A stretch of DNA of 64,000 nucleotides from a virus. This document shows positions 46,496 through 55,588 of this stretch, in pieces. Where the stretch lies: positions 40,428 to 104,427 of the IMG/VR virus record IMGVR_UViG_3300029911_000010; one strand, given 5' to 3'. The stretch's first letter is position 1. Each line of letters begins with the position of its first letter. The translations under genes and the position numbers were made by a program. A model generated the notes under the pieces. It had not been told where the DNA came from. It searched no databases and was given only the letters and a program-made list of their open reading frames with translations.

Positions 46496-47358
46496 AGATT
46501 CTCCACGACTTGTTCAACTTCGCTGTTGTCTCCGATGGCGGGAATCTGCGGATAGTGCTGTTGCGTCGGGTTGTAGACAAATGCCCTGCCGTCGTGTCCG
46601 CAGACGTCGACCGGCCCATCCCAGATATACCTGTCCAAATTAGTCTCAATGAACGATAGGCGGCGTAGAAGCGTCAGCGATGATACGCACTGCGCGGTGT
46701 TGCCGGTCTTGCGACGAAGATTTTCGTACCCCTGCAAATTGTCGCCCCGGATGCCGACCTTCATCCACCACCACTCGTACGGGCAGTTGTACAGGTGTTT
46801 TTGCTTGTCCATCAAGCTGCGACCGATGGCGGCCGCCGGCTGGGTCTTACGCCGCAGCGCCCGAGGCAGATCCAACGCCCGCAGATCATCGGCATAGGCC
46901 ACCATGCTGGTCTCGACAATCCGCGTCCACATATCCCTGTACCGCTCCTCATAGTCGATGGTGAACAGCTCGTTGCTGTCGAAGTAGTGATACATCGCCC
47001 CGCTTAGATAACACGGCGACAGCGGCATGCAGCCGCTGATCTGTCTGACCAGCCGGTCGGGATGGCTGACATCGTCGTCGTCCCAGAACATGACGTACTT
47101 GCCGCAATCCAGTGCCGCACGCAAACCGACAATTACCATGTCATGCAGGCTGACAGGCTGATGAACCATAAGCAAGGCGGCATTGCTCATGTCGTTTCTG
47201 GTGACGATTTCCCTCTCGTAGTTTTCGTCGTTGATGATGATCAACAGCTTTTTATTCAAATAGGTCTGGGCATTGAACGACCGGATCGATCGGCAGAGAA
47301 GCCCAAGCCGATCCGGACGGCTGATGCAGATCCCGATGATTGTTCCCGAGTCAGACAT
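46492..47358 (-). CDS. Glycosyltransferase, GT2-like
   Basis: SFNAQTY.NKKLLII, FWDDDDVSHPDRL; start at ATG 47358. Confidence 0.75.
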   Translation of the reverse strand: MSDSGTIIGICISRPDRLGLLCRSIRSFNAQTYLNKKLLIIINDENYEREIVTRNDMSNAALLMVHQPVSLHDMVIVGLRAALDCGKYVMFWDDDDVSHPDRLVRQISGCMPLSPCYLSGAMYHYFDSNELFTIDYEERYRDMWTRIVETSMVAYADDLRALDLPRALRRKTQPAAAIGRSLMDKQKHLYNCPYEWWWMKVGIRGDNLQGYENLRRKTGNTAQCVSSLTLLRRLSFIETNLDRYIWDGPVDVCGHDGRAFVYNPTQQHYPQIPAIGDNSEVEQVVENL

Positions 47359-47366
47359 GGCTGTCC

Positions 47367-48251
47367 TTATTTGTTGATAGTGATAACGACGGGGCACTGG
47401 TCGATCCAAGGCCGCATGTTAAAGACGTCGGAAGGCATAGTCCCACCGAAGCCTATCTGCACGCTGGTCGGCTCGATGTGCAGCCGGGTAACCTGATCCA
47501 GCGTAAAATATTTACGTCGAATTGCCTGCACGCCGCAACGATAACAAGTTTCCGCGTGCGTAGTGATGATTCCCTCATCCTCCCAGCTTCTAAGTTCTGA
47601 CGTGTCGTTGATGCGTGCCGGAAAAACCTGCATGTTGTCATTCAACACGAATGAAGCGCTGGCCTGCCAACAACTCGGACACGATCGCACACAAACAATT
47701 CGAGAATCCAGCCACGGTTTAAGCAACGGCAAGTCGACCTTAATCCACCCACGCAACGTTGCTTCGATCATGTTGCAGCCGCCGTGATGGACGACGGTCT
47801 TGGTCATCTCGTACGGCAGCATATACTGCTGGCCGTCGACCCAGGCGTAACACACGGACGGCTGACCATCCAGATGTCCGGTGATCTCCACGTTGGCCAT
47901 CTTCGGCGAAATATTAGTGTGAATTGACGGGTTACCGCCCAAGGCAATCAGCGTGAAATATGTGTCGTGTAAATCGGCAGCATCGTGCTTGGTCAGGTCA
48001 ACTTTAGCCTCGGTACATATCAAACCGATGTGCTCATCTGCACCGACCTTCAAGCGCATCTTGCTCTTGGCAGCTGTGAAGTCGGTGGTTAGCTCCACCC
48101 TGGCGGTTACGATCGGCTGCGCCCCGTGATGCTCGCTCCACGAACCTGACATGGCAGACATGGCAGTAGTATCATCCGGCAGCGACAGCAAGGCAGAAGG
48201 AGCGGCGGCAGAACCCAGGGCTAAACGCAGGAAATCTCGACGTGTGGACAC
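47367..48251 (-). CDS. Hypothetical protein with twin-arginine-like N-terminus
   Basis: MSTRRDFLRLALGSAAA; GGAGG SD. Confidence 0.6.
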   Translation of the reverse strand: MSTRRDFLRLALGSAAAPSALLSLPDDTTAMSAMSGSWSEHHGAQPIVTARVELTTDFTAAKSKMRLKVGADEHIGLICTEAKVDLTKHDAADLHDTYFTLIALGGNPSIHTNISPKMANVEITGHLDGQPSVCYAWVDGQQYMLPYEMTKTVVHHGGCNMIEATLRGWIKVDLPLLKPWLDSRIVCVRSCPSCWQASASFVLNDNMQVFPARINDTSELRSWEDEGIITTHAETCYRCGVQAIRRKYFTLDQVTRLHIEPTSVQIGFGGTMPSDVFNMRPWIDQCPVVITINK

Positions 48252-48316
48252 GGTAAAACCTCCGATGAACTTAAGTGCTCGTCGGAGGTTTTACCCGAAA
48301 GGGTGAGCCAGCTCAA
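48252..48316 (-). promoter_or_regulatory. SD-sequestering hairpin overlapping a promoter and operator
   Basis: 14-bp perfect IR 48252-48265/48282-48295; TTGAGC-17-TAAAAC; operator 48291-48306. Confidence 0.6.
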
Positions 48317-48319
48317 GAG

Positions 48320-48625
48320 TTAAGCCATCTCGACTAGACAATGTGTCGGGTCGATAAAAGGCTCTGCGACTAATAGACGGCAAGTGGGCGTCCCGTCGTT
48401 GACGGGCTCGGTGGGGTCCAAGTCAACGGCAATACGCCGCACGAAAGCTTCGTTGGGGATCATCTCGGAGAGATAAAACCCCAGTCCTCGAAGCTCGCGA
48501 GCGGTGATGTGCCGCCGCCGGCTGTAGGGCTGTTCCTGGTCGTTCTTCATTGGCGGGAACCTGCATGATACCGTTGGCCTCCATACCGTTTGCTGTATCC
48601 TGGATGCAATTAGGGTTGTACGCAA
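48320..48625 (-). CDS. Hypothetical protein; start uncertain
   Basis: ORF track; possible start at MKND. Confidence 0.4.
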   Translation of the reverse strand: MRTTLIASRIQQTVWRPTVSCRFPPMKNDQEQPYSRRRHITARELRGLGFYLSEMIPNEAFVRRIAVDLDPTEPVNDGTPTCRLLVAEPFIDPTHCLVEMA

Positions 48626-48698
48626 TCGGTGTACCGTGAAAGATACTACCCAGACTACCGGGGGCAGGTAAAGAGAATTCTAGAAAAATCCACCAGGA

Positions 48699-49067
48699 TC
48701 AGGCCATCGGGATGCTGATCGGCGGAATCAGGGCTCCGCCGCCGGGGATCAATACGTTGGCGGCGAACTTCAAGGCAAAGTTGAGAATCACCGGGACGAC
48801 TGCCGCGAAGATAGCGTCGGCGTTGGCGGCAATCCGCAGCCGGTTGGCTTCCAGCAGCGCCAAAGCTTGATCATTAACCTGGTCGAGCGTGTCCTGGTCA
48901 CCGGCAGCGCCGGCGTCGATAGCAATGCCGACGATGTTCAAGGCGTAGGTCTGCAGATCACTTTCGGCACCCTGGATGATCGGAGCCAAAGCCTCAGACA
49001 ACGTCTGGGCGGTGATGGTCTTGAGATCGGTAATTCCGGCTGGGGTGATACGATAAAGCTGCATCAT
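48699..49067 (-). CDS. Helical protein with hydrophobic C-terminus
   Basis: Start re-called at MMQLY; follows the lipoprotein gene. Confidence 0.5.
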   Translation of the reverse strand: MMQLYRITPAGITDLKTITAQTLSEALAPIIQGAESDLQTYALNIVGIAIDAGAAGDQDTLDQVNDQALALLEANRLRIAANADAIFAAVVPVILNFALKFAANVLIPGGGALIPPISIPMA

Positions 49068-49104
49068 GGATTTTGCCCGCAGAAGAACCCACAGAAGAAC
49101 ACAG

Positions 49105-49509
49105 TTAGTTGGTCGCCGGCTTGGCTCCGCCAGCGGTGAGCACTTCACGTAGGATCTTGGTGTCGTTGAGGTTGGCTTGCAGCTTATAAGACGGCAGCTT
49201 GGCGTTGGCGTGGTCGTAAACGTCGGTGCGATTGCACACGTCGTTGAGCGGCGCTGAAATAGTGCTGGCCTGCACCGTGGGGTTGACCAGCTCACTGCGG
49301 ACAAAGGACGACTGGCCCAGGTCGTGCGTCCGAGTAGCCATGTCCAGCGTAGTATCGGCGTTGATGTAGGCGTCGTGACGGTTCAGCACGCGGGTGGTAG
49401 TGCCGGAGATCTTGGTGGTGTCGATCTGGGTGCTCAAGACCGAGCAGCCGGCCAGCAAGCCGATACAGAGCAGTTGAAGTACGCGAAACGATGACTTGGC
49501 ATGACGCAT
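49105..49509 (-). CDS. Lipoprotein
   Basis: Signal peptide with lipobox LLAG|C; AAGGAG SD. Confidence 0.7.
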   Translation of the reverse strand: MRHAKSSFRVLQLLCIGLLAGCSVLSTQIDTTKISGTTTRVLNRHDAYINADTTLDMATRTHDLGQSSFVRSELVNPTVQASTISAPLNDVCNRTDVYDHANAKLPSYKLQANLNDTKILREVLTAGGAKPATN

Positions 49510-49725
49510 GGCCGGCTCCTTGAACAACTGAGGTTAGTCTGACGGGGCAAGCGTCCATTCTTGCCTGCGGCTCAGCCACGTTCTTCCGTCAGAAAACCCT
49601 CAGCCGACATCGCCGTGGCGCAAAACAACTTTTGTCATCCTTAACTTCTTCCGCCACACGGCGGGCAACGGAAGAACGGCAGCGCTTGAAAATCTAAATT
49701 AGCAGCTCACAGTTGTCAATAGCTT

Positions 49726-50445
49726 TCACTTGAGCACCGGGGTTTGTCTGCCGTCCATAATGTACCGGCGGCACCATTTGACCACGGCCGAGCGATGCTG
49801 CCCGTGAGCCTTGAACCTCGTGCTGATTGCCTGGGGATTGCCCCGGTCTTCGTTGGAGTACGCCAGCTTGTAGGTCCGGTTCAGCCGACCGCTTTCGGCC
49901 ATCGCCGTGTAAGACAGGACGATGTCTTCGCCGTTGCCCGTGGGCACGCCGGGCAGCTCGCGGATGTGCTTGGTGCCCCAGGCCACCGCACGGCCGCACA
50001 GCCACGGGCTGGTGATCAGAGCACGAGTCAGGACGATCTCACACGGGCCAACCACCAGATGGGGCGTGTAGTTGCCGTCCAGCGTCGGCTGGCGTCCAAT
50101 CAAGCCGTGAATCGTCAGCGGATCTTTCTTGTGATAATCGTGCAGCGCGTCAATGGTTGAAGCCGGCAACAGCAGGTCGTCGTCGACGATCATCACCGAG
50201 TTGCCTTCGGCGGCAGCGCCCATCATGTAGCGGGGGTACAGGCCAAAATCGTGATGAGACCTGACGTAATGCACCTTGTCCTTCAAGTCGTCGAACACGC
50301 CTGGCGGCAAAGGGCTGGCAACGCTGGCGTCCCAGACGATGATCTCGCCGATGTTGTGGCAGCCGTGATACTGCTTGACAAAACGGATCACGTTGGCGGA
50401 TCTGGCCCAGTTCATGATCACCACGGAAATGCGGTCTGTTCTCAC
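49726..50445 (-). CDS. Glycosyltransferase, GT64/exostosin-like GT-A fold
   Basis: SVVIMNWAR, EIIVWD, IVDDDLL, NGEDIVLS; GTG start after AGGAG. Confidence 0.7.
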   Translation of the reverse strand: MRTDRISVVIMNWARSANVIRFVKQYHGCHNIGEIIVWDASVASPLPPGVFDDLKDKVHYVRSHHDFGLYPRYMMGAAAEGNSVMIVDDDLLLPASTIDALHDYHKKDPLTIHGLIGRQPTLDGNYTPHLVVGPCEIVLTRALITSPWLCGRAVAWGTKHIRELPGVPTGNGEDIVLSYTAMAESGRLNRTYKLAYSNEDRGNPQAISTRFKAHGQHRSAVVKWCRRYIMDGRQTPVLK

Positions 50446-50447
50446 GA

Positions 50448-51218
50448 TTAACTCCTGGCAACGGTCATCGGCATGAAGACAGTGTGGTCCTGCCAGTCGA
50501 TCAGGGTTGCCTTGCCCCAGTCGCTGCCGTTGGGATTGATGCGATTGTGAAGAAGATTGTCGTTGCCGATGCAAATGTGGATCGCCCTGGACTTGCCGAT
50601 AGTCGTGTCGACGTCCTGCTGGCCGGCCTCGCTGGGGCCGCAGTTAGGCAACACGCACCTGTGGTCGAGATTGACAAAACTGCACTTGATGTTCACGGCT
50701 TTCTCAGCCCGGAATATCAGATCGCAGTCCTCGTAGCCCCAGCCGGCGTTCATGTGCTCGTCATAGCCACCCAGCTGCGCCATCGCCGCCGCCGATGCAG
50801 CAATGCGGCCATTGCCGCCAGGGGAGGATATGACGCCCAACACGGCCTGAGGGTTACCGGGCAGGACGTGCCGCAAATTGCCCAGCTGCGACAGGTAGTC
50901 TTGATCCAGCAGACTGTCGGCATCGACGTTGACGATAATGTCGGCTTGCTCGGCCATCGCCAGGCGGATCGCCACGTTCTTGGCGTGCGACATGATGAAT
51001 CGGGGGGCGGCGAACTCACGGTAAACCTTGACGATGCCGGCATGGATGTTGTTGACCATCGTGCGGCGCACCCAATCGAACGATCCCTGACTGCAGTTGT
51101 AGTCCAGGACGATAAACACGTAGTTGTCCTCGGGACGCGTCATCGCCACATTGTTCAGCAACGTAGTCTGCAGATTGGCCAGCCGGTCCCGGCACGTTGT
51201 GACAAAGGCAGTCTTCAT
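50448..51218 (-). CDS. Glycosyltransferase, GT2/GT7-like
   Basis: VLDYNCS, AKNVA, VDAD, LGGYDE..GWGYEDCD. Confidence 0.8.
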   Translation of the reverse strand: MKTAFVTTCRDRLANLQTTLLNNVAMTRPEDNYVFIVLDYNCSQGSFDWVRRTMVNNIHAGIVKVYREFAAPRFIMSHAKNVAIRLAMAEQADIIVNVDADSLLDQDYLSQLGNLRHVLPGNPQAVLGVISSPGGNGRIAASAAAMAQLGGYDEHMNAGWGYEDCDLIFRAEKAVNIKCSFVNLDHRCVLPNCGPSEAGQQDVDTTIGKSRAIHICIGNDNLLHNRINPNGSDWGKATLIDWQDHTVFMPMTVARS

Positions 51219-51480
51219 GACAAAACCAGGTAGGACAGGCTCACTGACCGGGGTTATGCCCCGGCTTTCCTGAGCGTGTAAACAGGAGCGTTCGCAAAGA
51301 TGCAAGGGCCGGGTTACCGGGGTATCTTTTACCCTTGAGTGAATCAAAGATCCACAAGTCATCCCTGCCAGCCTGTCCAGAAGACGTCGTTACGGGTTTT
51401 TTCCCCGGCATCTTCCACTGTTTATCGTGCCGGCTCATGAGACGTCATGACACGTCACCCGCTTCCGGCACGACCCTGAT

Positions 51481-54400
51481 TTAACTCTTAGGAGCTGGGG
51501 TTGGACCCCACGGATTGCCTCCATGCCAGATGTCCCACTGTTTGCCACCGTACTCCGGTGCCAGCGCTGCGCTCAAGCCCAAGGCTCCAGCGCCGCCCAG
51601 TGCTCCGCCGATGCCCGGCGCTCCGCCGGCACCGAACGCCAGTCCGGCTAATGACATGATCAAACCTAACACTGCGGTGATCTTTTGTGCCGGCTCCCAA
51701 CTGTTATTCTTATTGAAGCCAAGTTGCTTTAACATCGGGTCCAGAAAACTCATCAATCCGACAATAGCTGTCGCCCCGCCTGCACCGCCGGTCATTGCCT
51801 TCGCCATCAACTGCGTCATTTTCGGATCACTCTTGATGATGTTGGTAATTCGCTCTCCGGCTGCATCATCTCCACCACGATAAGCTGCAAGCTCTTTGCC
51901 TAAACTGGCGACAACCGGATCACTGCCTCCGGCAGATGCCATAATCTGAGGAGCTAGTTGTTTGACTAGCGAACTATTGGCGAGCCGTTTAATAGCTTCG
52001 GGGTCATTCTGTTGAGCTGCTGAAATATCGCTGGCCATCTGTCGTTTGGCTGGATCGGTGGCTAACGACCAGATATTCTTTACTCCGCTCATAAAATCAC
52101 CAGCAGTCGGCTTGACCTTATCGAACGCATCGAACGCCGGACCGCCTGCCGCCTCTGTCATCCGAATCGGACCGTACGCCTGGTTGCGCACCGCCGTGGC
52201 AGCAGCATTGGGGTCTTCGCCGGGCAACGGCTTACCTTGCAAGGCGGTCTGCTGATCCTGTGCGTTTCGCCGTGCTGCCTCTAGCAGCTTGTTCGGATCG
52301 CCGTTGGCTTGCTGAATATCACCTGGCGTAAGCATGCCGCTGCTCATCGCCACTTGCGTCTTCATCTCGGGATTGACGCCAGGCCCGGAAGCGTTCTGAA
52401 TATTTCCCAGCTGCTGAGTTACACTGTCGTTCCACTGTGCCGCTGACATGCCGTGCTGCTTGGCTACCTCGACAGCTCGTGCTGCTCGCTGATGCAAATC
52501 GTAAGCGCTGCCGACGCCAGTGGCCGTTAATGCAGCCAGGTTGGTGCCACGACCGAGGTTTCTCATCAAGCTGGTAGGCGTGCCTGCTTCCATTCCGCCA
52601 GTGCCAGCCCGAACCCAGTCCAATGTCTTAGCGACCGGACCTTCCGCCCCGATCGCCTTAGTGAAACCACTGTTTGGAGCAACTGCCTTACTGATCTGAC
52701 CTAGTCCTCCTCGCAAACGGTTGGCGGAGCCGGCCAGTGTGGATGCAACTTCGGCCGGGTTGGTGTAGCCGAGCGTAGACCCCATCGCAAAGTCGTGTGT
52801 GGCCTGATTAAAACTCTGCAGCGCCTTATTTTCCGGCGCAAGCGCCCGCAGACCACTGGTGCCGGCACCGACCGCCAATCCGCCCAGCGTCATCGCCTTT
52901 TGTGCATTGCCGCCGGTCTGGTTGGGAAACAGCTTGTCCAGACTGCTGCCGGTAAAATTGCTGAGCATGGCTGTGTTGGCCGTGCGCAAATAAGGATTGG
53001 TCAGCATGCGACGTAATCCGCTCGCACCAGCTGCACCTTCCATCTGCCGGCCCACCGCCGGATTGAAAGCCGCCGCACCAGTCAAACCGCCCAGCCCTCG
53101 CCACATCAATTCGTGCTGCAGCTGTCCGGTGTTGGGATCGACGTCGCCGAAGTCCTTGCCCAGCTCAGCGCCAGTGCTCTGTCCGGCGTAACCGCCAAAC
53201 AGCGTCTGGGCTGCAGACATGCCGACGTTGCCGACCTGCTTGGCCCGCTGCATTGCAGTCATTGGCGGCTTGACTGGCGTGCCGGGAGCGGGAGCCGGCG
53301 TTTCGCCGGCCGGCGTCGCTGCTGCCGCTGTTTCGCCGGCAGGAGCTGGAGCTGGAGCAGGAGCTGGAGCAGGCGGTGAACCCGGACTCGGTGGCAACTC
53401 TGCTTCACCAGGCATGCCCAGCCGGCCCGTGGAAGGCGCTGAGGGCCTGGATGGAGCAGGCATGACAGACTCAGCAACCGGTCGCGGCTGAGGCGAAGGT
53501 TGAGGCCGCATTCGCGGAGGCGTATACAATCCTCTGGAAGGTGCGACCGGTGGCTCAAGATTCATCTTGGGCAGCGGGTTGGCCCCGTATAACATTGAAG
53601 CCGGCGGCCGCGTTTTCAGCGCCTCCTGCATCCCGCTCGCCATACCCTTGCCGGCTTCGCCCATGCCGCCCAAGCCCTTGGTTTCCTCACCAGCGCCGAA
53701 CAAGCCCTTGGCGCCTTCGACCAGCGCAGGGCCTTCCTTGGCAATTGCGCCGAACTCGCTGGCTGCCTTCTCCAGCTGCTCCAAGCCGTCAAGCAGCTCG
53801 TCGATGGCCGAGGGCTCCATCACGGCAGCCAGCTTGACGATCGTGTCGGCAGTCTGGTGCAGGCTCATGCCCCGCTCAAAACAGCCGTGCAGGAAGCCGG
53901 CGGCAAACGGGGACAGCGCAAAAGCTGATTTGCGATGCTCGGGCCACGGCTTGCCGCAGCGGTTGCAATTTCCGTCGTCGCCCCGTTCCATTGATGCCCC
54001 GCAATGCGGGCAATTCTCCCCCTCATGGCCGCCTGTCTTGAATCGGCTGGTCATCGCCGTGTCGAGCATCCGCTCATTGTCCAGATCACGCTTGGTCGAT
54101 CCCGGTGGCATACGACGCATAACCTCAGTCAAATCGTCGTTCTTGTGGTGTTGGTCGAGATATCCTGTGCCCAGGCCGTACAAGCCGCCCAGGCCGCCGC
54201 CAATGGCAGCGCCAGCCCCGGTATGCCCGCCAGCGATGTTTCCGCCCAGGGCTCCCACGCCAGCGCCCAGGCCGCCCATCAGCAAAGCTTTGAGCAACCC
54301 CTGCTTGCCCGGACTGGCCATCATATTGGGAATGGGAGTGGCGTCGTCCTGGATGATATCCGGCATCCAGTTGCTCTGCCCCTGCTCAACGCGGGCCTTC

Positions 54401-54573
54401 TCCCACGGCTCCAGATCCTCGCGGCGGTCGCCAATGGGCACAAACGACCGCAGCAGGCGTCCGGGAATGCCGGGGCTTGCGCCGGCGGCGGCCTTGGCCA
54501 GGGTGTCGTATGACTTCTTGTACTGATGGCGTGGCAGCCGTGCAATGCGGACAGCCTGGCTGGTCTCGGGCAT
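51481..54573 (-). CDS. Large glycine-zipper putative ejection/internal virion protein
   Basis: Start at ATG 54573; several GxxxG helices, a small Zn ribbon, a Pro-rich tract, K-x-A motifs. Confidence 0.6.
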   Translation of the reverse strand: MPETSQAVRIARLPRHQYKKSYDTLAKAAAGASPGIPGRLLRSFVPIGDRREDLEPWEKARVEQGQSNWMPDIIQDDATPIPNMMASPGKQGLLKALLMGGLGAGVGALGGNIAGGHTGAGAAIGGGLGGLYGLGTGYLDQHHKNDDLTEVMRRMPPGSTKRDLDNERMLDTAMTSRFKTGGHEGENCPHCGASMERGDDGNCNRCGKPWPEHRKSAFALSPFAAGFLHGCFERGMSLHQTADTIVKLAAVMEPSAIDELLDGLEQLEKAASEFGAIAKEGPALVEGAKGLFGAGEETKGLGGMGEAGKGMASGMQEALKTRPPASMLYGANPLPKMNLEPPVAPSRGLYTPPRMRPQPSPQPRPVAESVMPAPSRPSAPSTGRLGMPGEAELPPSPGSPPAPAPAPAPAPAGETAAAATPAGETPAPAPGTPVKPPMTAMQRAKQVGNVGMSAAQTLFGGYAGQSTGAELGKDFGDVDPNTGQLQHELMWRGLGGLTGAAAFNPAVGRQMEGAAGASGLRRMLTNPYLRTANTAMLSNFTGSSLDKLFPNQTGGNAQKAMTLGGLAVGAGTSGLRALAPENKALQSFNQATHDFAMGSTLGYTNPAEVASTLAGSANRLRGGLGQISKAVAPNSGFTKAIGAEGPVAKTLDWVRAGTGGMEAGTPTSLMRNLGRGTNLAALTATGVGSAYDLHQRAARAVEVAKQHGMSAAQWNDSVTQQLGNIQNASGPGVNPEMKTQVAMSSGMLTPGDIQQANGDPNKLLEAARRNAQDQQTALQGKPLPGEDPNAAATAVRNQAYGPIRMTEAAGGPAFDAFDKVKPTAGDFMSGVKNIWSLATDPAKRQMASDISAAQQNDPEAIKRLANSSLVKQLAPQIMASAGGSDPVVASLGKELAAYRGGDDAAGERITNIIKSDPKMTQLMAKAMTGGAGGATAIVGLMSFLDPMLKQLGFNKNNSWEPAQKITAVLGLIMSLAGLAFGAGGAPGIGGALGGAGALGLSAALAPEYGGKQWDIWHGGNPWGPTPAPKS

Positions 54574-54585
54574 CCTTGCTCCTTT

Positions 54586-54641
54586 GCCGCCCATCCATGA
54601 GCGACACAGACCATATTACTCCCCAGACGGTTTCTCGACAA
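54586..54641 (-). promoter_or_regulatory. Promoter plus CsrA-hairpin cassette, copy 1
   Basis: TTGTCG-17-TAATAT then GUCGCUC-AUGGAU-GGGCGGC. Confidence 0.55.
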
Positions 54642-55083
54642 TCACAGGACACGACACGGCGATTTGACTCGGTAGTTGATTATCGCCGGTCCGACGTATT
54701 ACTGCTTGCGCATGCAACCCGAACTTCGGAATGGTCATAGCACTCAGTTTTACTTCGACGGGAAACGTATGCCCCTTGCGGTGTCGTCCGCGCAACGGAA
54801 GACCACTGCCCATTTCACGCACACGCGGCTCGTTCATGTAGCCGTCACGCAAAAGCGGATGACGCTTTTTAACGTCGTCGGGAATGAGAATCTCAATCTT
54901 CTCGCCGATAACTTCCGAGCGGGCATAACCGAACAAAAATTCGGCCTGGGCATTGAACACGACGATTTGTCCGTCGTCAGCGATGACCACAATGGCGTCG
55001 GCGCTGGCCTCCAATGCCTTAAGGTAAATCTGTTCGAGCGCTTCGACGGAATAGTACAGCTTGTTTCTTTGTTCATTGTCCAT
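54616..55083 (-). CDS. Stand-alone PAS domain protein (FixL-like)
   Basis: DAIVVI..DGQIVVFNAQAEFLFGY...EVIG.KIEILIP....RH.....Y...RKGHTFPVEV. Confidence 0.85.
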   Translation of the reverse strand: MDNEQRNKLYYSVEALEQIYLKALEASADAIVVIADDGQIVVFNAQAEFLFGYARSEVIGEKIEILIPDDVKKRHPLLRDGYMNEPRVREMGSGLPLRGRHRKGHTFPVEVKLSAMTIPKFGLHAQAVIRRTGDNQLPSQIAVSCPVIVEKPSGE

Positions 55084-55555
55084 ATGCCGCCTCTTGTCCG
55101 TGTGCAGCCTCAGCGTGACCTTCCGAAGCCACGGCGATGGCGGCTTCGATACATGATCCGGCTATCAACCCGTAAGGCACGCAAACGTTCTCCAGAATCC
55201 ACGGACCGAAACGATGGTCTATCTCAAGAAACAATTCTTTGTTAGTAAAACTATGTCCAACCGTCCGGTAGAACTCACGCAGCTCATCGGCCTTGTCGCG
55301 GTACCACTGTTTCACTTCTTCGGTCAGTTGTAACGGTGACTCGTACTTACCCATGTGTCGCTGTAACACTTCGCTCTGGGCACGGCGCATCATGTAGTCC
55401 AGCATTTTATCGATTCGCTTATCGTGCTGGTGGACTAACGTCTCCAACACTCCGAACTTAGCCGCTTGCCGTACTAGAAACAATATAACGAGTACGAATC
55501 CAGCGAAAACCGAACCAGCCATACCGATAATTGTCAGACCGACTTCTATCGTCAT
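55073..55555 (-). CDS. Single-TM membrane protein
   Basis: N-terminal TM helix; start at ATG 55555 after AAGGAG. Confidence 0.6.
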   Translation of the reverse strand: MTIEVGLTIIGMAGSVFAGFVLVILFLVRQAAKFGVLETLVHQHDKRIDKMLDYMMRRAQSEVLQRHMGKYESPLQLTEEVKQWYRDKADELREFYRTVGHSFTNKELFLEIDHRFGPWILENVCVPYGLIAGSCIEAAIAVASEGHAEAAHGQEAAYGQ

Positions 55556-55588
55556 TTCTGTACTCCTTTGCTTGCTGCTCGTCATTTT

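Noticed and set aside
48050-48090. TDFTAAKSKMR in 47367..48251 as another capsid fragment (versus NDFTRTKMR)
   Set aside because: Needs a gap and is too short to distinguish from chance
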